From assembly GCF_009914755.1 (NCBI RefSeq), contig NC_060925.1: a DNA stretch of 64,000 nucleotides; one strand, 5' to 3'. The notes under the pieces are model-generated. The model did not search any database and was not told where the DNA came from. It saw only the letters and a list, made by a program, of their open reading frames with translations. Position 1 is the stretch's first letter. Each line of letters begins with the position of its first letter. The translations under genes were made by a program, and so were the position numbers. The DNA is from the human T2T-CHM13v2.0 reference genome, Homo sapiens. This document shows positions 59,085 through 64,000 of this stretch, piece by piece.

Positions 59085-61185
59085 AGAAACTTTTATCCAA
59101 TATAGTACTGGAAGTCCTAGCCAAGTAGTTAGGCAAGAAAAATTTTAAATAAAATAATCCAATTGGAAAGGAAGAAGCAAAATTATCTCTATTTGCAGAA
59201 GACATGATCTTATATATAGGACACTCTAAAGATTCCACAAGCAGTCCTGTTAGAACTAATAAATTCAGCAGAGTAGCAAGACACCAAATCAACACACAAA
59301 ATTTAGTTTCATTTCTATACACTAACAATGAACAATCTGAAAAAGAAATTAATAAAATTTTATTTACAGTAGCATCAAAAAGAATATAATACTTAGGAAT
59401 TAATTTAACCAAGGAGGCAAAAGACTTGTACGATAAAAAGTATAAAACTGTACTAAGAGAAATTGAAGACATAAAATAAATGAAAATATATATCATATTC
59501 ATTGATTGAAAGACAATATTATAATATTGTCAGAATGTCAAGACTGCCCTGTCGGCAGTCTTATACAGATTTAATGCAATATTGGTATACATATCAGCAA
59601 CATTTTTTGATTAAATGAGATTAAAATAAACCCATCCCCAAAATTACGTAGAAACTTAAGGGCCCCAAATAATCAAAACAATTTTGAAAAAAAAAAAAAA
59701 AGAACAAAGTGTAGGACTCTCACTTTCAGATTTGAAAACTTACTACAAAGCTATGGTAATTAAAGCAATGTGGCACTGGCATAAACACAGACATATATAC
59801 CAATGGAGTGGAATATACCAATAGAAAGCCCAGACATAAGCACTCACATATATGGTCAAATGATTTTTGGAAAAGGTGTCAAGACCATTCAATGGGGAAA
59901 GGACAGTCTTGTCAACAAATTGTGCTAGGAAAACTGGATGTTTACACGTAAAAAATTAATTTTGATGCTTACCTAACATCATATACAAAATTAACTCAAA
60001 ATGGGTGAAAGACCTAAACATAAGAGCTGACATATAAAAACTTTTAGAATGAAACATAGGGAAAAAGCTATATGACACTTCATTTGGTAATAATTTCTTG
60101 GATATGACTTTAAAGGCACATGCAACAATAAAAAGTAGACAAACTAGACTTCATAACAATTAAAGACTTTTTTGCATCAAAGGAAATATTCAACAGAGTG
60201 AAAAGGCAATCTACCTACTACAGGCTTCAAGAAAATGTTAACAAATCATATATCTGATAAGAGGTTGATATCCACAATATATAGATAACTCCTGAAACTC
60301 AACAACAACAAAAAACCCAGAACTGATACAAATATGGGCAAAGAACTTGGATAGACATTTCTCCAAAGAAAATATACAAATGGCCAGAAAGCATATGAAA
60401 AGATGCTCAACCTCACTAATTTTAGGGAAATGTAAATCAAACCAATGAGATATCACCTTACACATTAGGATCAATAATATCACAAAAACAAAATAAGCGT
60501 TGGCGAGGATGAGGAAAACTTTGAATCCTTGTGTGCTGTTGGAGGAAATGCAAAATTTTACAATCACTATTGAAAACAGTATGGCAGTTTCTCAAAGACA
60601 AAACATAGATTTATTATACGATGCTGCAATTTTACTTCTGGGCATATACTCAAAAGAATTGGGAACAGGATCTCAAAGAGATATTTTTACACCTATGTTC
60701 ATTGTAGAATTATTCACAATACTTAAGAAGTTGAAGCAACCTAAATGTCCATCAGTGGGTGAATCGTTAAAGAAAATGTTATATACATATAATGGAATAT
60801 TATTCAACCTTAAAAAAGGAAAGGAATTCTGACACATGCTACAACATGGATGAACATTGAGGACATTATGCTAAGTGAAACAAGCCAGCCACAAAAACAC
60901 AAATACTGTATGATTCCATTTATATGAGGTAACTAGAGTAATCAAAATCATAGAGGCAGACAGTGGAATGGTGGTTACCAAGGACTGGAGGTAGGGGACA
61001 GTGAGGAGTTATTGTTTAATGGGTATCAAGTTTTGGTCTTTCAAGATGAAAGGAGTTCTGGAGATAGATGCTGGTGATGGTTGCACAACAACATTGATGT
61101 GCATAATATAACTGAACTGAACATCTAAAAATGGTTAAGATGGTACATTTTATGTAATATGTATTTTACCATAGTAAAAAAAGTA
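59085..61185 (+). mobile_element. L1MA/MB 3' part
   Basis: 'ctctatttgcagaagacatgatcttatata' (FADDM region); 3' UTR ending 'aatggttaagatggtacattttatgtaatatgtattttacca'. Confidence 0.9.
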
Positions 61186-61933
61186 AGGGCAACAGATGGA
61201 ATGTAATTTCCCCACTACTCTAATTTATACTTCATCTTACCCTTATGTTTAATTTTGTCAACTTTAGTGGATTTTTTTAATGTGGTCCTTTAAGGAAAGA
61301 TATCTACCTATGCTCTTGAAAATCATTCATATTACCTTTGTGGGAATACTGGTTCCCAGAATTACATATATCCCCATGACTGTTGGGCACCAGTTAGCCT
61401 CCAACTATTGAATTTAGTCAGAGGGAAAGAAGGGCCAACACAAATGATCTCCAAGTATATCAAAGGATAAAGAACTGGAATCCAGAAACTTAAAGGCCTA
61501 CTTAAAATAATTTATATTTTCTGATCAACATTGAATGTCAATTAGTTGCTTGTTTTTTCCCCAAATCTCTGTGTTTTCTGTTTTACAATCGACAAACTAA
61601 GACTCAGACTTCTTGGTGAATATTACTGACACATCAACTCATTTTCATTTAGAATCCTGTTGTTTAATGGCTATATCTGAGCTAATTAAAAGTAGAAACT
61701 CTCAATCTATGTACCTTTGAATTATTCTCAGCATTGGGCACTGTACTTAGCATATACTCAGTGTTTAATAAACACTTATTAAAGGAAGAAATGTTCTAAT
61801 AGGACATATATGATGTGTCCTGGTTATCTTTCTGATCTGGTTGAGGTATTTTAGTATATATTATCTAATTTTTAAAAATCTACTTGGCAGGGTTAAAGAC
61901 TTTTTAGGCCATCTACATATATTTGCATCCCAC

Positions 61934-62355
61934 TGTTAAAAGAAAAACTTTAGACCAATTAAATTTAATAGAGTTTAATTGAGCAAAGAATGTTCACAAA
62001 TCAGGCAGCCTCTAGAACTGGAACAGGTTCAGAGTGACTCCAGGGCTTCCACATGGTTGGATAACATTTATAGTCAGAAAAGAAAAGTGATGTACAGAAA
62101 ATATAACTGAAGTACAGAAATAGATGAATTGGTTAAAACTGAGTGTTTATTTGAACCTGGTTTGAATAGTTTGGCTACCTGTGGTTGACTGAAGTTGGGC
62201 TGCCATAATTAGCTGAGAATCATATACTTATTACAATGGTAAGTTTCAGGCTGCTTACACATCAGGTTGGGTTATAATTCATTATATACGGAGAAACCCT
62301 TGGGCTGAGCTTAAAATAGGTAAGAAGGCTGCTTTAGGCCAAACTTACTATAACA
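61934..62355 (-). mobile_element. ERV1 solo LTR, MER57-like
   Basis: TG...CA ends; 4-bp TSD ccac at 61930-61933 and 62356-62359; 'ggctgctttaggccaaactta'. Confidence 0.85.
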
Positions 62356-62619
62356 CCACCATTAAAAAATAAAAGATAATAAAATAAACTCTTGTAACTC
62401 TTTTCCTGAGACCTTAGATAGGTGTTTGGACTTAGACTGCCATTTCACAGGTTTTCCAGTTCTGGCTAATTTTTTGCATTTTGTTATAGATTTAAATCCA
62501 AAAGAGAAGAATGCTTTTGCTTCTTTCTTTTTTCATTTTGATTAGTTTCTCAAACACCTGGAAGACTAATGTAGACCACCCAGAGGAACAAGATCTGAAA
62601 CTTACCAGCAGCTCATGAT

Positions 62620-62830
62620 AGTGCAAGACCAATGATTGAGACTATAGATCTGAATTATTATTCCATCTCTGCCATTATGTGGCTGTAATATTGAACATGT
62701 GACTTAACTTCCCTGTATCTGTCTTTATTTACTATGAGTACTATGAAGTTCAAAACAAATAATGCATTTTTTAAACTTTGCACTTCAAAAAATATAAAAC
62801 ATAATGCAAGTGTAAAGCATTGTTACAAAA
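62620..62830 (+). mobile_element. MIR
   Basis: 'gtgacttaacttccctgtatctgtc'. Confidence 0.55.
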
Positions 62831-63354
62831 CAAACTTTTATGAAGTAGAGTCTTACAAATTAAACAAAATCTTATGGGTCCTTACGACCACCCACACTGC
62901 CATCTGCAAAAGAAAGGAGAAGCTCTTTGTTTTGTTTAATTTTGTTGCTGTATTCTTTGGCAAAAGCAACAACATGTCTAGCTGCTAGAGCCATAATAGA
63001 AGCAACAATGGTAACAGCAGTCTCTGTTCAGCAATCAACTATATCTATAAAATATAGCACCAGTCACCAACAGTTAAAAACTCACACTAAAAATCTATGT
63101 GCTTAGTTTTCCCTTACCTACCTCAGATTGTCTGCTAAGCATATGGGATGGAACATCTGAGTGTTTAAATAATTTGATGAGGCAGAACTTTTAGAACAAC
63201 TGCCCTCTTTTCCCATAATATGAAAGCCGCATCCTTATAATAATCTTCCATGAATTCTTCCTAGAAAATTAATCTCGTGGAATATTGCTGGATGGCACAT
63301 TTCCTCATTATTAGCCTTTCTAAGAATATCTGAAATAACAGATTTCTTAGCCTG

Positions 63355-63450
63355 ACCTGTTTGGATTGCAAATGATGGAAACCCAACTCAAGCCAGCTTG
63401 ACAAAAAAGGGACTTTAATGTCTCAATTTTGAAGTTCAGGATTCATGTCG
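63355..63450 (-). mobile_element. Old MLT1 LTR fragment
   Basis: 'ttgcaaatgatggaaacccaactcaagccagcttgac'. Confidence 0.45.
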
Positions 63451-63710
63451 CACTGGCCTATTCCTGTGGCATCATACTTCCACATAATTAATTTCACAGT
63501 AACAATGTGACATCACTGAACATGGAGTTGGGAAGAGAGTTGTACAGTTAGCTTTTGAAAATTAGGACAAACCAAGTCCAGCATATGTCTACCTATATGC
63601 TAGGCATGGTGCTTTGTGCCAAAGCTATGGAGTTAAGTAAAACATGGTCCCTTTCCTGACATAGGGAATTAGAAGGGAAGAAGGGGGCTCTGTAACATAT
63701 ATTTCAATAT

Positions 63711-63806
63711 CCAGATGCCAGGTACTCAATTCCGTTCTCTATTTGTTATAAGAACTTACCGGATGCCAGGTACTCAATTCCATTCTCTATTTGTTATGAG
63801 AGCTTA
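63711..63806. repeat. 2 x 48-bp tandem duplication
   Basis: Units start at 63711 and 63759; 44/48 identical. Confidence 0.95.
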
Positions 63807-63990
63807 GACTCTGAATCCATACTACTTGTGCTTAAATGCCAGTTCTACTATTTATTAACTGTTAGATCTTCAGCAAATTACTTAACCTCTCTGTGCCAGT
63901 TCCCTAATCTAGAGAAAGGGGATAGTAGTAGCATCTCCTTCATAGAGTTGTTTTGGGAATGAAATCAGTCTATACATGCAAAACAGAATA
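63800..63990 (+). mobile_element. MIR
   Basis: 'gcaaattacttaacctctctgtgccagttccctaatct'. Confidence 0.75.
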
Positions 63991-64000
63991 AATTCTCATT

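Overview
AT-rich primate (human or great-ape-like) genomic DNA made up mostly of interspersed repeats: many L1 fragments of several ages, 10 Alus plus one Alu fragment, two near-complete MaLR (THE1/MST-type) proviruses, solo LTRs, MIR/L2 remnants and several DNA-transposon fossils. I cannot support any protein-coding gene, RNA gene or CRISPR array, and every listed ORF I could assign lies in a repeat or looks like noise. The window looks like a gene desert or deep intron. I found no new biological system. The most notable signals are (i) a fossil complex rearrangement at about 26.0-28.3 kb (a 100-bp direct copy and a 63-bp inverted copy converging on one spot), (ii) a snap-back/template-switch scar at an L1 deletion junction (29.4-29.55 kb), (iii) a nearly mutation-free AluYc1-like insertion with a 19-bp TSD that may be polymorphic, (iv) two readable hAT transposase fossils, (v) a twin-primed inverted L1, and (vi) an ~80-nt hairpin in apparently unique sequence. 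Repeat subfamily names come from my recall of consensus sequences and need RepeatMasker/Dfam confirmation. Boundaries of old elements are approximate.
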